Positions 19,691 through 30,401 are shown, counted from the whole stretch's first letter. The stretch is 63,031 nt of DNA, filler included, from 8 parts of 8 records of this genome joined end to end with filler, not necessarily neighbours in it, one strand, 5' to 3'. The notes: generated by a model from the sequence alone, not told the origin. Numbers and translations: made by a program.

Positions 19691-22600
19691 ATGTTTAAAG
19701 TGAAGCATAGAAAAAGAAGTTCGAAGTTAAAGAAGTTCTTCCTTTTATGTATTTTGGCCCTCTTTGCCATTCCGGTGTTTGGAGCATCGGAATTGCAGGG
19801 ATTGGTCATTTTAGGTACAGACTGGGGATATGAACAGGGAATAGAAGCCAAGCAAGCGCGACTAAGCAAGATCATTCAAGATGCTAAAGACCAGAATTAT
19901 AATGCAATTTATTTTCAGGTTCGTGAAGCGGGTGAAAGCTTTTATCCGGCATCTGACGGATCCTGGAGCACTATGTTCAATGAGCTTGATCCGGGATTTG
20001 ATCCATTGCGATATACTCTGGATGAGACACATCGCCTGGGAATGCAGTTCTACGCCCAATTTGATGTATTAAGTGCATACAGTCTTGTAAACAGGCCTAA
20101 GTCTACCGATCATCTCTATATGAAAAAGGGCAAGATATGGATCGTCGCAGATGATTCTTTCAATCCCATTTCCGATAATGCCACATATTTCCTTGATCCC
20201 TCAAATCCACAGGTGGTATCCTACCTGAAAAAGCAGATCAGGGACCTTGTGAAAGCATATGATATTGACGGCCTTCACTTTACGCATCATTATTATCCCG
20301 GTGATAAAATATCTAAAACCCAGACCTTTATCAGGCAACATAAGAATATTAATGATTTTTCACGTTTGGATCTAAAAACTTATGCTCAAACAGCTGTAAG
20401 CTCTTGTTTGGAGGCCTTGTCTTCAGAGATCAAGCTTATAAAACCATACCTGTTGATATCAGCAGAAACTCAGGCATTATTGAAAGAAACAAAAGGGATA
20501 AGAAATCTGGAAGCAGCCGATTCATATTACTTCCAAGATGGAATAACATGGTTGGAAAAAGGTTTGATAGACGTGCTTGTACCAAGGTTGCATGTTAGAA
20601 GTAAATCATTCAACACATTATTTAACTTATACTTTAATGCCAGTGAATATAGTGATTATATCATACCCTCATTAAGAGGAGATGTTGAGAATTATCGTGA
20701 GAACGATCTTAAGAAAGAGCTTGAATACATAAGAAAGAATGAGGCAAAAGGAAGCATTATTTATTCTTCAGAGGATGCTCTGAAAGGAAAAGCATTATTC
20801 AATGAAAAAGCCGATTTGCCATTTCTTGGCCGCACTCATGCTTTGGTTAAAGCAGTAGAATTGAATATGTCCGATTACGAAATTCCGAATGATATTGTTT
20901 ACAGTGAATATGATGCAGGTTTTCATATTGTTGATCAGTATAATAAACTCAGTCTGATCGTTGAAGATATGCCAGGATATATGAAATTGCGCACAATGAG
21001 AAATGATCTTCGTTTTCAAACTCGCGAATGGGTCGTACCTATGCGGTATGATGTATTGTCTGACAACGAGGTCCAAAGGCCAGATCCTTTTATTGAGCTC
21101 CGAAAAGCTCCGAAATTTATTACTACAGATTCAAGTTTTGCCTTCCTTTATAAAGCCAGTGTAGGGGATACTCGAATTAATGGTGATGCTGTTGAAGCAT
21201 ATAGCAATACTCATATTTTCTTTAAAGAGTTAGCATTTAATCCTCTTGGGCAAGCTACCAAAGTGAGAGGCTCTGTTACAACAGATGATGAAACGATCTT
21301 TTATGAAGATCTTTATTTTGGCAATATGCCGGATACAACTACCATGCATGCGGTAGTACTTGAATCGGTAAGTCCCCGCGATACGGTTATCCTTCCACCT
21401 GACGATGTATTGCATATCAGTTTTGCATCTATGTTGGTTGAAGAAATGGATACTATACTGCTATATGCAAACGGTAATCCTTTACCGCTTTATTATAACG
21501 GCAGTCGCTATGTTGGTGAAGTGCCTTGTCAAAGATTTATTGCCAATGGTATGGTATACTTGCAAGTTGCCGCAAGAGATAAGAGAGGTGAAACCTATTC
21601 TTATAACTTGCCCACGACGCTATTTATCCAAAATGAATACGATTTCCCGGTCGTTGAAAGCAATGTCGATTTCACGCAGGTCAGTTATTCTTTAGGTGAA
21701 GTTAGATTGGGCGGACCCTATATGCAGGAATATCCCAAGGGAGTTCGTTTTAAAACAAGCGGAAAGTTTGGCAACAGCTATCGTGTCCAGTTAAGCAAAA
21801 CAGATGTAGGTTATGTGCCGGAGAATGAAGTTAAAGTTTTGGCTGCCGGTACACCAAAACCTCAATTCAATTTATATAATTTATCGGTAAAATCAGATAC
21901 AACACGTGATCTGCTGGTTATTCCCTGGGTTGAACCGGTTCCTTATACCGTTCTTGCACAGCCTGAACTGAACAGGATCAGAATTCGTCTATACGGCGTT
22001 CATTCCAATTCAACCTGGCTGACTCATCGCGAAGGTTTGCAGGTCATTGACCATATTTCATGGGAACAACATGATGCCGATACCTATGATATTTTTGTTA
22101 ATTTGAAAAATAACAATATCTGGGGTTATGGAATTGAACAAAATCACAAATTCCTTTCATTTTGGGTGAAATACCCGCCTCTTAGAAAAGACATTCGTAT
22201 TGCAGTTGAAGCAGGGCACGGCGGTGAATGGAACTGGGGTGCAGTTGGACTTTCGGGATTGAAAGAAAAAGACGTTAACCGCGATACAGCTGAAAAACTA
22301 CGTGATATGTTGATCGAAATGGGTTACGATGTGGTTGAGATACGAGAAGGTGATGAAAGCCCAAGATTACGTGAGCGCTGGTTATTGACCGATTCTTTAG
22401 ATGCCGATATTTTTGTATCCATCCATGCAAATGCTGCCGGTGGTAATGATTATTTACGTGTTGCGGGAACATCAACGTATTATCATAATCCCTTCTGGCG
22501 CGATTATGCCGAATTGGGCTACGATAAACTGCGTGAATTGGAATTGGAAGAATTTGGAACTGTCGGATCATTCAATTACATGATGTGCCGCATGAGTGAA

Positions 22601-22744
22601 CGTCCCTCATATTTGGTTGAACAGGCATTTATGAGCCATGCCGAGGATGAGAACAAATTGGCCGATCCCGAATTTAGAACAGATATTGCCCGCAAAGTGG
22701 CGGAAACGATCAATGAATATATCAATGACAAGCTTTCGCGTTAA
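19691..22744 (+). CDS. Secreted N-acetylmuramoyl-L-alanine amidase (Amidase_3) fused to an N-terminal GHL10/DUF187-like domain
   Basis: Signal peptide; NAIYFQVR, FDPL, FLDPSNPQV and YDIDGLHF (GHL10-like); C-terminal EAGHGG, EKDVN, SIHANA and LVEQAFM (amidase Zn ligands and catalytic Glu). Confidence 0.85.
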   Translation: MFKVKHRKRSSKLKKFFLLCILALFAIPVFGASELQGLVILGTDWGYEQGIEAKQARLSKIIQDAKDQNYNAIYFQVREAGESFYPASDGSWSTMFNELDPGFDPLRYTLDETHRLGMQFYAQFDVLSAYSLVNRPKSTDHLYMKKGKIWIVADDSFNPISDNATYFLDPSNPQVVSYLKKQIRDLVKAYDIDGLHFTHHYYPGDKISKTQTFIRQHKNINDFSRLDLKTYAQTAVSSCLEALSSEIKLIKPYLLISAETQALLKETKGIRNLEAADSYYFQDGITWLEKGLIDVLVPRLHVRSKSFNTLFNLYFNASEYSDYIIPSLRGDVENYRENDLKKELEYIRKNEAKGSIIYSSEDALKGKALFNEKADLPFLGRTHALVKAVELNMSDYEIPNDIVYSEYDAGFHIVDQYNKLSLIVEDMPGYMKLRTMRNDLRFQTREWVVPMRYDVLSDNEVQRPDPFIELRKAPKFITTDSSFAFLYKASVGDTRINGDAVEAYSNTHIFFKELAFNPLGQATKVRGSVTTDDETIFYEDLYFGNMPDTTTMHAVVLESVSPRDTVILPPDDVLHISFASMLVEEMDTILLYANGNPLPLYYNGSRYVGEVPCQRFIANGMVYLQVAARDKRGETYSYNLPTTLFIQNEYDFPVVESNVDFTQVSYSLGEVRLGGPYMQEYPKGVRFKTSGKFGNSYRVQLSKTDVGYVPENEVKVLAAGTPKPQFNLYNLSVKSDTTRDLLVIPWVEPVPYTVLAQPELNRIRIRLYGVHSNSTWLTHREGLQVIDHISWEQHDADTYDIFVNLKNNNIWGYGIEQNHKFLSFWVKYPPLRKDIRIAVEAGHGGEWNWGAVGLSGLKEKDVNRDTAEKLRDMLIEMGYDVVEIREGDESPRLRERWLLTDSLDADIFVSIHANAAGGNDYLRVAGTSTYYHNPFWRDYAELGYDKLRELELEEFGTVGSFNYMMCRMSERPSYLVEQAFMSHAEDENKLADPEFRTDIARKVAETINEYINDKLSR

Positions 22745-22771
22745 GCGTTAGAATATAATAAAACATATGTG

Positions 22772-22795
22772 GTAGAGACGGAGCATTGCTCCGTC
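22772..22795. repeat. GTAG-type REP palindrome at contig end
   Basis: GTAG-AGACGGAGCA-T-TGCTCCGTCT. Confidence 0.7.
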
Positions 22796-22799
22796 TTTT

Positions 22800-22899
22800 N
22801 NNNNNNNNNNNNNNNNNNNNNNNNNNNNNNNNNNNNNNNNNNNTTAATTAATTAANNNNNNNNNNNNNNNNNNNNNNNNNNNNNNNNNNNNNNNNNNNN
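22800..22899. other. Artificial contig linker
   Basis: N-run + TTAATTAATTAA + N-run. Confidence 0.99.
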
Positions 22900-23237
22900 T
22901 CGGAACTTAAATATGAGAAACGCTATATAATCCGGTAAGCCGAATATGTCAGACCGAAGGTCTAATGACGCGGGCTTGATAAACAGCAACTTGCCGCAGG
23001 GAGTTTTTTTATTGCCGCCGTATTATTTCGACTTCATGTATCTATTGAAATCCATTTGTAAAAACGATTATTTAATGTCATAATAAGTTTTTGCGATACA
23101 ATTTTATAACGGTCGGGCGCTCCGATCAGGGCTCTTCCGGAATGAAAGGCGCCCTCCTGATACTTGAAAAGAAATCTCGATTAATGTAATGCGGTTAATA
23201 GCAATTCGCCATAATCGAGAAGACCAAGGTTTACCTT

Positions 23238-24947
23238 ATGCCTGAAAAGCCGACTTATGAAGAGTTAGAGCAAAGGATCAACGAACTGGAACGAGCGGAG
23301 CGCCTTCGTGAGCAGTCAGCGGTCGACTTGCGGGAAAACGAAATAAAATTTCAGGCTCTGTTGGATACTTCAGTTGATGCCATTACAATAATAGATTTGG
23401 AAACGGGCAAGTTTATTGACTGTAATAGTGCTGCTGTAATTCTTCATGATACGGGATCCCGCGACAATTTAATCGGGTTAACCCCGGCTCAATTATCTCC
23501 TAAATTTCAACCCAATGGCGAACTCTCTGAAAAGCTGGCTGAAGATTATATCCAAATGGCCTTTTCAGAAGGCGCAAAAGTTTTTGAATGGACCCACTGC
23601 AAAAGAGACGGCAAAACATTTACCGCTTTTGTTACGCTTATTTCAATTGTTTCGGGGAAAAAACATTTAGTAATGGCCGTTGTAAGAGACTTGACAGAGA
23701 GCAAAAAGGCTGAAGAACGCATTAAAAAACTAAATCGGTTGAATGAAGATCTTCTTATCTCCGGCAATCTCAATGATAAACTTAAGCTGATCACGGATAG
23801 TGTAATAGATATATTTCAGGCTGATTTTGCCCGGATTTGGCTTACGAAAGCGGGAGACCTTTGTGATTCGGGATGCGTACATGCTCAAGTTGTGGACGGA
23901 CCCCACGTGTGCAAAAAGCGTGACATGTGCCTCCACCTCATATCAAGTTCCGGCCGCTATACTCACATCGATGGAATACACGGAAGAGTGCCTTATGGCT
24001 GTTACAAGATTGGACGAATCGCCTCGGAGGAGTCATCAAAGTTTGTCACCAACGATGTAGTTAAGGATCTGAGGGTTCATGATAATGAATGGGCCGGAAA
24101 ACTCGGTCTCAAATCTTTTTGCGGCTACAGGCTTTTGTCCGAGTCTGGCGCACCCGTGGGTGTTTTGGCCCTATTCAGCAAGCATGAGATCAGTCCTGAA
24201 GAAGATTCATTGCTGGAAAACCTGTCAAATTCTATTGCTCAGGTGATTCAGACAGAAGGTGTAAAAGAAGCTCTCCGTGAATCTGAGCGTCGCCTGGCCG
24301 GAATTATCGACTTTTTACCCGATCCCACCTGGGTCATCGATATTGAAGGTCAAGTGATTGCCTGGAATCGAGCCATGGAACGAGCAAGCGACATTAACAG
24401 AAAAGAAATCATTGGAAAAAGTAACTACGAGTATTCCGTCCCCTTCTACGGAGAGCGTCGCCCCGTTCTCATCGACTTGATATTGAAACGGGATGTTGAA
24501 TGGGAAAAAAAATACCTGACGGTCAAAGAAGATAACGGATTGCTGATTCAGAGTGAATCTTTTCACCCCTCAATGGGCGACGGCGGGCGTTACTATTCCG
24601 CCGCGGCCGCCAGGCTTTACAACGCAGACGGAAATGTAATAGGGGCTATAGAATCGATTCGGGATATAACCGACGCAAAGCTGGCCGAGCAGGAAAATGA
24701 GCGTCTTATTAATAAATTGAAAGAGGCGCTGGCCAAGGTTCAGACTCTGAGCGGATTGTTGCCGATATGCTCCTCATGCAAAAAAATACGTGACGACAAA
24801 GGCTACTGGAAGCAGATCGAATTCTATATAAGCGAGCATTCCCAAGCAGAATTCAGCCACGGCATGTGCCCGGACTGCATTAAGAAAAACTATCCCGACC
24901 TGGCCGACCAGGTTCTCTCCAACCTGGGGGAGAAACCGGAGGAATGA
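23238..24947 (+). CDS. PAS-GAF-PAS sensory protein with C-terminal Cys/His zinc-finger-like tail
   Basis: KPTYEELEQR leader, two PAS/PAC regions (RDLTESK, RDITDAK), GAF region, tail LLPICSSCKKIRDDKGYW...SHGMCPDC. Confidence 0.85.
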   Translation: MPEKPTYEELEQRINELERAERLREQSAVDLRENEIKFQALLDTSVDAITIIDLETGKFIDCNSAAVILHDTGSRDNLIGLTPAQLSPKFQPNGELSEKLAEDYIQMAFSEGAKVFEWTHCKRDGKTFTAFVTLISIVSGKKHLVMAVVRDLTESKKAEERIKKLNRLNEDLLISGNLNDKLKLITDSVIDIFQADFARIWLTKAGDLCDSGCVHAQVVDGPHVCKKRDMCLHLISSSGRYTHIDGIHGRVPYGCYKIGRIASEESSKFVTNDVVKDLRVHDNEWAGKLGLKSFCGYRLLSESGAPVGVLALFSKHEISPEEDSLLENLSNSIAQVIQTEGVKEALRESERRLAGIIDFLPDPTWVIDIEGQVIAWNRAMERASDINRKEIIGKSNYEYSVPFYGERRPVLIDLILKRDVEWEKKYLTVKEDNGLLIQSESFHPSMGDGGRYYSAAAARLYNADGNVIGAIESIRDITDAKLAEQENERLINKLKEALAKVQTLSGLLPICSSCKKIRDDKGYWKQIEFYISEHSQAEFSHGMCPDCIKKNYPDLADQVLSNLGEKPEE

Positions 24948-24982
24948 GACGGGCGGTCGCTTCCGATCAATTTCAGTTTAAC

Positions 24983-27900
24983 TTAGCCTTTTTCATCCAA
25001 AACGGATCGGACCTTGTTCAGCAAATCGGCTACTTGATAAGGTTTGCCAACGTATCCAGCGGCTCCAGCTTCCAGGGTTTTATTTAGCCGGCCATTGATT
25101 GAATAACCACTGGAAATGATGACTTTTACAGCCGGATCAATTTGAATCAATCTCTGAAGGCATCGATGACCGCCCATTCCCGGCATACCAATATCCATGA
25201 TGACCAAATCGATGTCATCAGGGCTGTTTGTATAGCTTTCCAGTGCTTCCTCACCACTGGAAGCGGTCCAAACCGTATACCCAAACGGCTTGAGCGCCTG
25301 TAAGGCAAAGTCTCTGATCGGTTCTTCATCATCCACGACAAGAATGGTCTCGCTCCCGCCTTGAGGCGGTTTCGTTTCAATCTCTCCTGGTTTAATAACG
25401 TCCATCTTCTCAATGGCGGGCAGATATATCCTGAATGTCGTGCCTCGGCCGATTTCGCTTTCGCAAATGATATCCCCTCCATAGCTTTTAACGATGCCGT
25501 AAACGGAAGCCAATCCGAGGCCGGTTCCCTTGCCGATTTCCTTGGTTGTGTAGAAGGGTTCGAAAATATGCCCAACGGTTTCCTTATTCATGCCCTGTCC
25601 GGTGTCGGAGATAGTCAGAAGAACATAATTCCCGGCTGCTGCGCCTATATTATTTTGAGCGTATTCTTCGTCCAGGCTTATGTTTTCTGTTGCGATAGTG
25701 AGTTTACCGCCGTCCGGCATGGCATCGGCGGCATTTGTTCCAAGATTCAATAGGATTTGTTCCATCTGGACCGGGTCAGCGCTTATAATCCACAATCGAC
25801 TGCCGAGATGGACATCGATATCAATCATTTTCGGAATTGTCCGTTCCAACATTTTCCGGACACTTTCCACTTCCTGATTTAAATCAACCGGTCGTCTCTC
25901 AGTCACAAGCTTCCGGCTGAATAAAAGGAGTTGCTGCACAAGTTGAGCAGCTCGGTCAACAGCCCGATCGATGGAATTCAAGTTATTGTAATCCGGGTCA
26001 TTCTCCTGCTTTTTCATTATTAGTATTTGGGTATATCCGCTTATGGCTTGAAGCAAATTGTTAAAATCGTGGGCTATACCACTGGCAAGAGTTCCAACGG
26101 CTTCCATCTTTTGAGCTTGAGACAACATTTCTTCGATACGCACCCGGTCGGTCACATCGTCTACACGGATAACTGCACCGTCCACCCCATTGGCAATTAG
26201 TGGATATACGGTCACGTCTTCATAGCGGGTTTCTTCACCTTCCTTTCGCGCCCGCCGGGGATTAGAACTCACTTCCCCGGACTGCATGGCCTCGCGCACC
26301 CGCTCCATCTCGCCTTCAAAGCGTGGGAAGGCATGGGTCAGCTGTTGTCCCATGGCTTCCCCTGCTGATAAACCCGTGGCCCGTTGGGCTTCGCTGTTCC
26401 ACTGCGACACTGTGCCGTCAGAATCAACACCGACAAGCACGGATGGCATGGAATCGATGATGTTAGATAGATAATTTCGCAAACGGCGCATATTTTCCTC
26501 GGCGCGCATCTGTTTTTCAAAGAGGTCGGCGTTATCGAGCGAGATGCCTACCTGAGAAATGAGTACGTTCAACACAATCAGACGGTCATGTTTGAATACA
26601 TCCGCGCTGAGGTCATTTTCCAGGTACAGTATCGCTATGACCTCATCGTTCCGGCAGATGGGCATGCATAGGACGGATCGCGGCTTTCTCTCCATGATAT
26701 AAGGATCCTGAGAAAATTTTAAGTCAACAGTCGCATCGTCAAGAACGATGGTTTCACGTGTACGAGCCACAAGCCGAACTATGGCGGACGGCAGCAATCC
26801 GCTATCCTCTAACGGAGCTGACAGCCGGTTGTTCATGTCTTCAATGCTGTCCGGAGCCAAGGCTTCAATCCGCAGGTCTCCGTCAATGTCCCGGATGAGC
26901 ACGCCTCGGCTCGCCCCTGCATTCTCAACAGCCAGGCGCATCAGTTTGTCTAAAAGTTTATCGCGTTCTATCTCGCCCGATAGCGCCTGGGAGGCTTTAA
27001 TTAGCGTCATGGCGTCGAGTCCGCCTCCAAACGACTGTATGCGCCTGTCGGGGGTGTGAACCTCCGGGCCTTTATCATTAATCGAGGTCATAAAAAAATG
27101 GGCGTATTGCGTTTCCAGATCATCGGCTTTGCCGTAGGCGCCCCACAGACAATAAGCGTTGTACGCATCCAGGATGTAAATCCGCGCAAATCTCTCAAAC
27201 CCAAGTTTTGCATAGAAATCGTGGGCTCGCTCGGCGGCCATGGCCATTTCTTGTGGGAACCCATCTTCCCGGGCCAGGTTGCAGGCAAGTTCGAAAAAGT
27301 GCATTGCCTCGCCTACATTTCCTTTTACTCGCGCCCGTTCGGCTTCAACGAGGGCGACCTTGCTTCGGAAATTCATCGGTGCATGCCGACTCCACTCCCT
27401 CAAGCTTGAGAGATGAGAGTCCACGCGCGCCATGGCCTCCTGTTGTTCACCGTCCTTCATGGTCGAGTATGCGGCCAGGCGAGCCAGGGCGTCGTAGTAG
27501 ACATAACCGCCCGACAGCATCGAAGCGACGGCTGAGTCTTCGTACGCTTCAGCTGCCTTGGTATGGCCAAGCGAAGCGGTAAAATCACCGTATATATACG
27601 TTTGTATGAGCCGGGCGAAGTGTGCGAAAAATAGCGTCAGGATTACATTTACATCCTCTATGGCGCGCATGTCCTCCTGATTGAAGCTCTCGCCGTACAG
27701 GTTGTATTTGTCATCCGAAGCGCCCTGTAAATTTAAGGTCAGCTGCCGCCAGATTCTGGCCGGGTAGAGCCCGTTCTCTTGTTTGAGCTTCACCATCAGG
27801 TCCAAATACTGCCGCTGCTGTTCTTCGACGTACCCCAACTGATGCCCGGTCAGCATCAGGTAGCCGCTTGACCAAATACGGCTGTAGGCAACGTAGACAA

Positions 27901-28082
27901 AGTCTCCGGTTTCCAGACCCTTCTGGACGGTGTCGGCAAACGCGGACATGATATCTCGATGGGGCTCCTTCCAGTGACGTATGAAGGAGTCAAACACGAA
28001 CCGTACTTTGCACTCATAATCACGCTCATGAAAGCGATCGAGCATCCCTAACGCCAAACGGCCGGCGTAGTATCCATCCTCA
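24983..28082 (-). CDS. Hybrid histidine kinase (TPR-like/GAF/PAS/HisKA/HATPase/REC); probably the C-terminal part of a Ser/Thr kinase-AAA ATPase-His kinase; 5'-truncated
   Basis: WSRHAPMNF, WGAYGK, LYLEN (GAF), IAHDFNNLL, NAADAM, GTGLGL and DIGMPGMGG motifs. Confidence 0.9.
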
Positions 28083-28182
28083 NNNNNNNNNNNNNNNNNN
28101 NNNNNNNNNNNNNNNNNNNNNNNNNNTTAATTAATTAANNNNNNNNNNNNNNNNNNNNNNNNNNNNNNNNNNNNNNNNNNNN
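28083..28182. other. Artificial contig linker
   Basis: N-run + TTAATTAATTAA + N-run. Confidence 0.99.
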
Positions 28183-28211
28183 CACCAGTTCGATTCTGGT
28201 CATGGGCTCCA
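28183..28211 (+). tRNA. 3' fragment of a tRNA (Thr-like; anticodon not visible)
   Basis: T-arm ACCAG-TTCGATT-CTGGT, acceptor strand CATGGGC, discriminator T, then CCA. Confidence 0.8.
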
Positions 28212-28404
28212 CCTTTTTCCGGAAGCCATCTTTCTTGTTCGGTTCCGGATATCCTTGTGCAAAAAAACTTCATCAGATAGAGTTTCAAAGAACCTGGGAA
28301 CAGGACAATCAGGAACGGGCCAGGAATACCGACCATGCTGCCGAAAATCAGCAAGACCGGGGAGCACAAAAAATGTGCCCGTTGAAAAAGGGCCATTCTC
28401 CAAT

Positions 28405-28893
28405 ATGACTATTCGAGCGTTTAGCGGAAACGATTATCCTGCAATATTGGATATCTACGCAAAATCCAAGTTGGATGAGCTTTACTTTGAAGAACGAGAA
28501 TTTGAATTGCTTCCCCTGGAGCAGGACGAGACGCGGCTGTTTAAGCTTAAAACGTCTGAAATATATGTATATGAAGCGGATGGGGTTATAGGGTTTTGTG
28601 CATTTTATGATGCTGAGATCCGAGATCTCTTTGTTCACCCGAAAGCTCGTGGCAGGGGAGTGGGAAAAAGGCTGCTGGAATTTGTATTGTCAAAGATAGT
28701 CGGCCCTGCGAGCCTGTATGTCGCGAAAACAAATATACGGGCCAAAGGCCTGTACGGAAGCTATGGATTCAAGGTGACGGATGAGTTCGAAACCAGCTAT
28801 AATGGTATGCCGGTCATTGCCAATAAAATGGTGCAGGCTGAAAGGGGGGGACGAGATGCCAAATTGTACGAAATGCAATCGTTCGATAAATGA
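28405..28893 (+). CDS. GNAT family N-acetyltransferase
   Basis: LFVHPKARGRGVGKRLL (motif A) and NIRAKGLYGSYGF; start reassigned to ATG 28405. Confidence 0.88.
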   Translation: MTIRAFSGNDYPAILDIYAKSKLDELYFEEREFELLPLEQDETRLFKLKTSEIYVYEADGVIGFCAFYDAEIRDLFVHPKARGRGVGKRLLEFVLSKIVGPASLYVAKTNIRAKGLYGSYGFKVTDEFETSYNGMPVIANKMVQAERGGRDAKLYEMQSFDK

Positions 28894-29050
28894 TGAGAAT
28901 GTAAAAAAACGGTTCTCCAGGATTTTGTGTGAGGATTGTTATATCGATGAGATTCTGCCGAAGATGCCAAAGGCACATTATGATAATGACGCTGAATTCA
29001 TGAATAGATTGAAGGATTCATATTCTGTTCGAAAACAGCAATATCACTGA
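28856..29050 (+). CDS. Small CxxC...CxxC (zinc-ribbon-like) hypothetical protein, 64 aa
   Basis: MPNCTKC...LCEDCY; G-rich SD before ATG 28856. Confidence 0.65.
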   Translation: MPNCTKCNRSINDENVKKRFSRILCEDCYIDEILPKMPKAHYDNDAEFMNRLKDSYSVRKQQYH

Positions 29051-29166
29051 ATCTGACAAAAATGCGCTAACCAGGCACTTCATCAGGCCGCCAGGCATTA
29101 AAAAACCGGGAGGCTGCAACGGTTCTATTGACTGCGGAAAATCTACAGTTCCAATGGAGGATATTT

Positions 29167-29459
29167 ATGGAAATACAATCACTGAAACTGGCTTGCTTCT
29201 CACCTACCGGGACAACAAAATAGATTATCCAGGCTGTTGCGCGCGGAATTGATCAAAACGCCGTGGAACTGATCGATATCACCAGGCCGGATGTGCGAAA
29301 CCAACAATTACAAACATCGGAAAATGCATTTTATGTTGTGCTTGCATCAAGTGCTGTCCCGAAAACGCCAGAACGATGAAAACCGGCATGGTCAAAGACA
29401 TTGCAATACGCCTGAGTGAAATGTGCAAAGGGCGAAAGGAACCGGAGATCTTTTTTTAA
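29167..29459 (+). pseudogene. Flavodoxin/4Fe-4S (EFR1-like) ferredoxin pseudogene
   Basis: GGAGG SD; FSPTGTTK then in-frame TAG at 29221; internal deletion/frameshift joins to CILCCACIKCCP...RKEPEIFF*. Confidence 0.8.
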
Positions 29460-29743
29460 TTGTGATAGCACGGGCTGGGATATTACGAAATCGAAAGCAT
29501 ACCAGCAATTCTCTCAATTACATTTTCTCCAAAGTTCCCAACTATTCTGATCATGGTTATTATACCAATGCCCTGTCAACATGCGACAAACACGTTATCA
29601 CCGCAAGTGGTTTGGCACCTGTTGAATTCGCAATGGATATTTTTAATGAACTTCAAGTCATGGCCCCAGACATGAGAGAACTCTGGTTTAATGCAATGAA
29701 GAATGGCCAATATCCTGATAATATAGAAATACCTCATGCCTGA
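29460..29743 (+). pseudogene. 5'-truncated DJ-1/PfpI family gene
   Basis: ARAGIL..RKHTSN and VITASGLAPVEFA present; N-terminal half and catalytic Cys missing. Confidence 0.72.
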
Positions 29744-29799
29744 CAAATCCAGTGCTCTGGAGCGCAAATAAGCAGCGCCGCTTATCAAAAGCATTAAAT
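29738..29799 (+). mobile_element. Degenerate integron attC-like site
   Basis: GCCTGAC (R'' RYYYAAC, 1 mismatch, holds the upstream stop) ... ATTAAAT (R' GTTRRRY, 1 mismatch); 62 bp; central GCGC..GCGC pairing. Confidence 0.5.
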
Positions 29800-29816
29800 G
29801 CCCAAAAGGAAGTATT

Positions 29817-30281
29817 ATGCACGATGTGGAGTTTAAAGGAGCAAGAAAAAAGTTAGGAAAAGAGTGTGAAGCTGTATTGCGTTCTGTTCCAGAGTGGTTT
29901 GGTCGTGAAGAGTCGTTACTGGAGTATGTAAAAGCCATTGATGACCTGGATACATACACTGCATGGGTGAAAGATGAACTCATCGGGTTTTTCTCGGTGA
30001 ATTACCACAATGAACATTCTGCGGAACTTCATGTTCTCGCTGTTAAATCCGGATTTCACGGTAAGGGTATAGGGACAGAATTATATCAAATTATCGAAGC
30101 GGGACTGAAAAGTAAATCGGTGAAATATCTGCAAGTTAAAACACTTAGTCCTAGGGCGGGTGATCTGAATTATGAAAAAACCATGCAATTTTATCTTTCA
30201 TTGGGTTTCTTGCCTTTGGAAGACTTCCCTGGGTTGTGGGGTGCAAATACGCCCTGCTTACAGATGATAAAGGGCATTTGA
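29817..30281 (+). CDS. GNAT family N-acetyltransferase
   Basis: PEWFG, FHGKGIGTEL, LQVKTL and FYLSLGF motifs. Confidence 0.9.
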   Translation: MHDVEFKGARKKLGKECEAVLRSVPEWFGREESLLEYVKAIDDLDTYTAWVKDELIGFFSVNYHNEHSAELHVLAVKSGFHGKGIGTELYQIIEAGLKSKSVKYLQVKTLSPRAGDLNYEKTMQFYLSLGFLPLEDFPGLWGANTPCLQMIKGI

Positions 30282-30401
30282 CAAGGGGGGCAGGAGGGAA
30301 ATATGGTAGAGAAACTATCTATATGAAGTTGTCTGTAAGATTTCATACGAAAAGCACAAAATGCTGGATAGTAAATTTGTAATCGTTATGCGAGAATTGA
30401 A

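Noticed and set aside
22933..23000. c-di-GMP-I riboswitch
   Set aside because: GGTCTAA and GCGGG resemble P2, but the GGCAAA/GAAA-tetraloop/GACGCAAAG elements are absent; kept only as an unknown candidate
28255..28404. N-terminal extension of the first GNAT
   Set aside because: Low-complexity non-GNAT sequence from a TTG/GTG-type start; ATG 28405 gives a normal-length GNAT
29221..29223. In-frame TAG as pyrrolysine or recoding
   Set aside because: The same gene also has a large deletion/frameshift, and no pyl genes are on the contig; pseudogene is simpler
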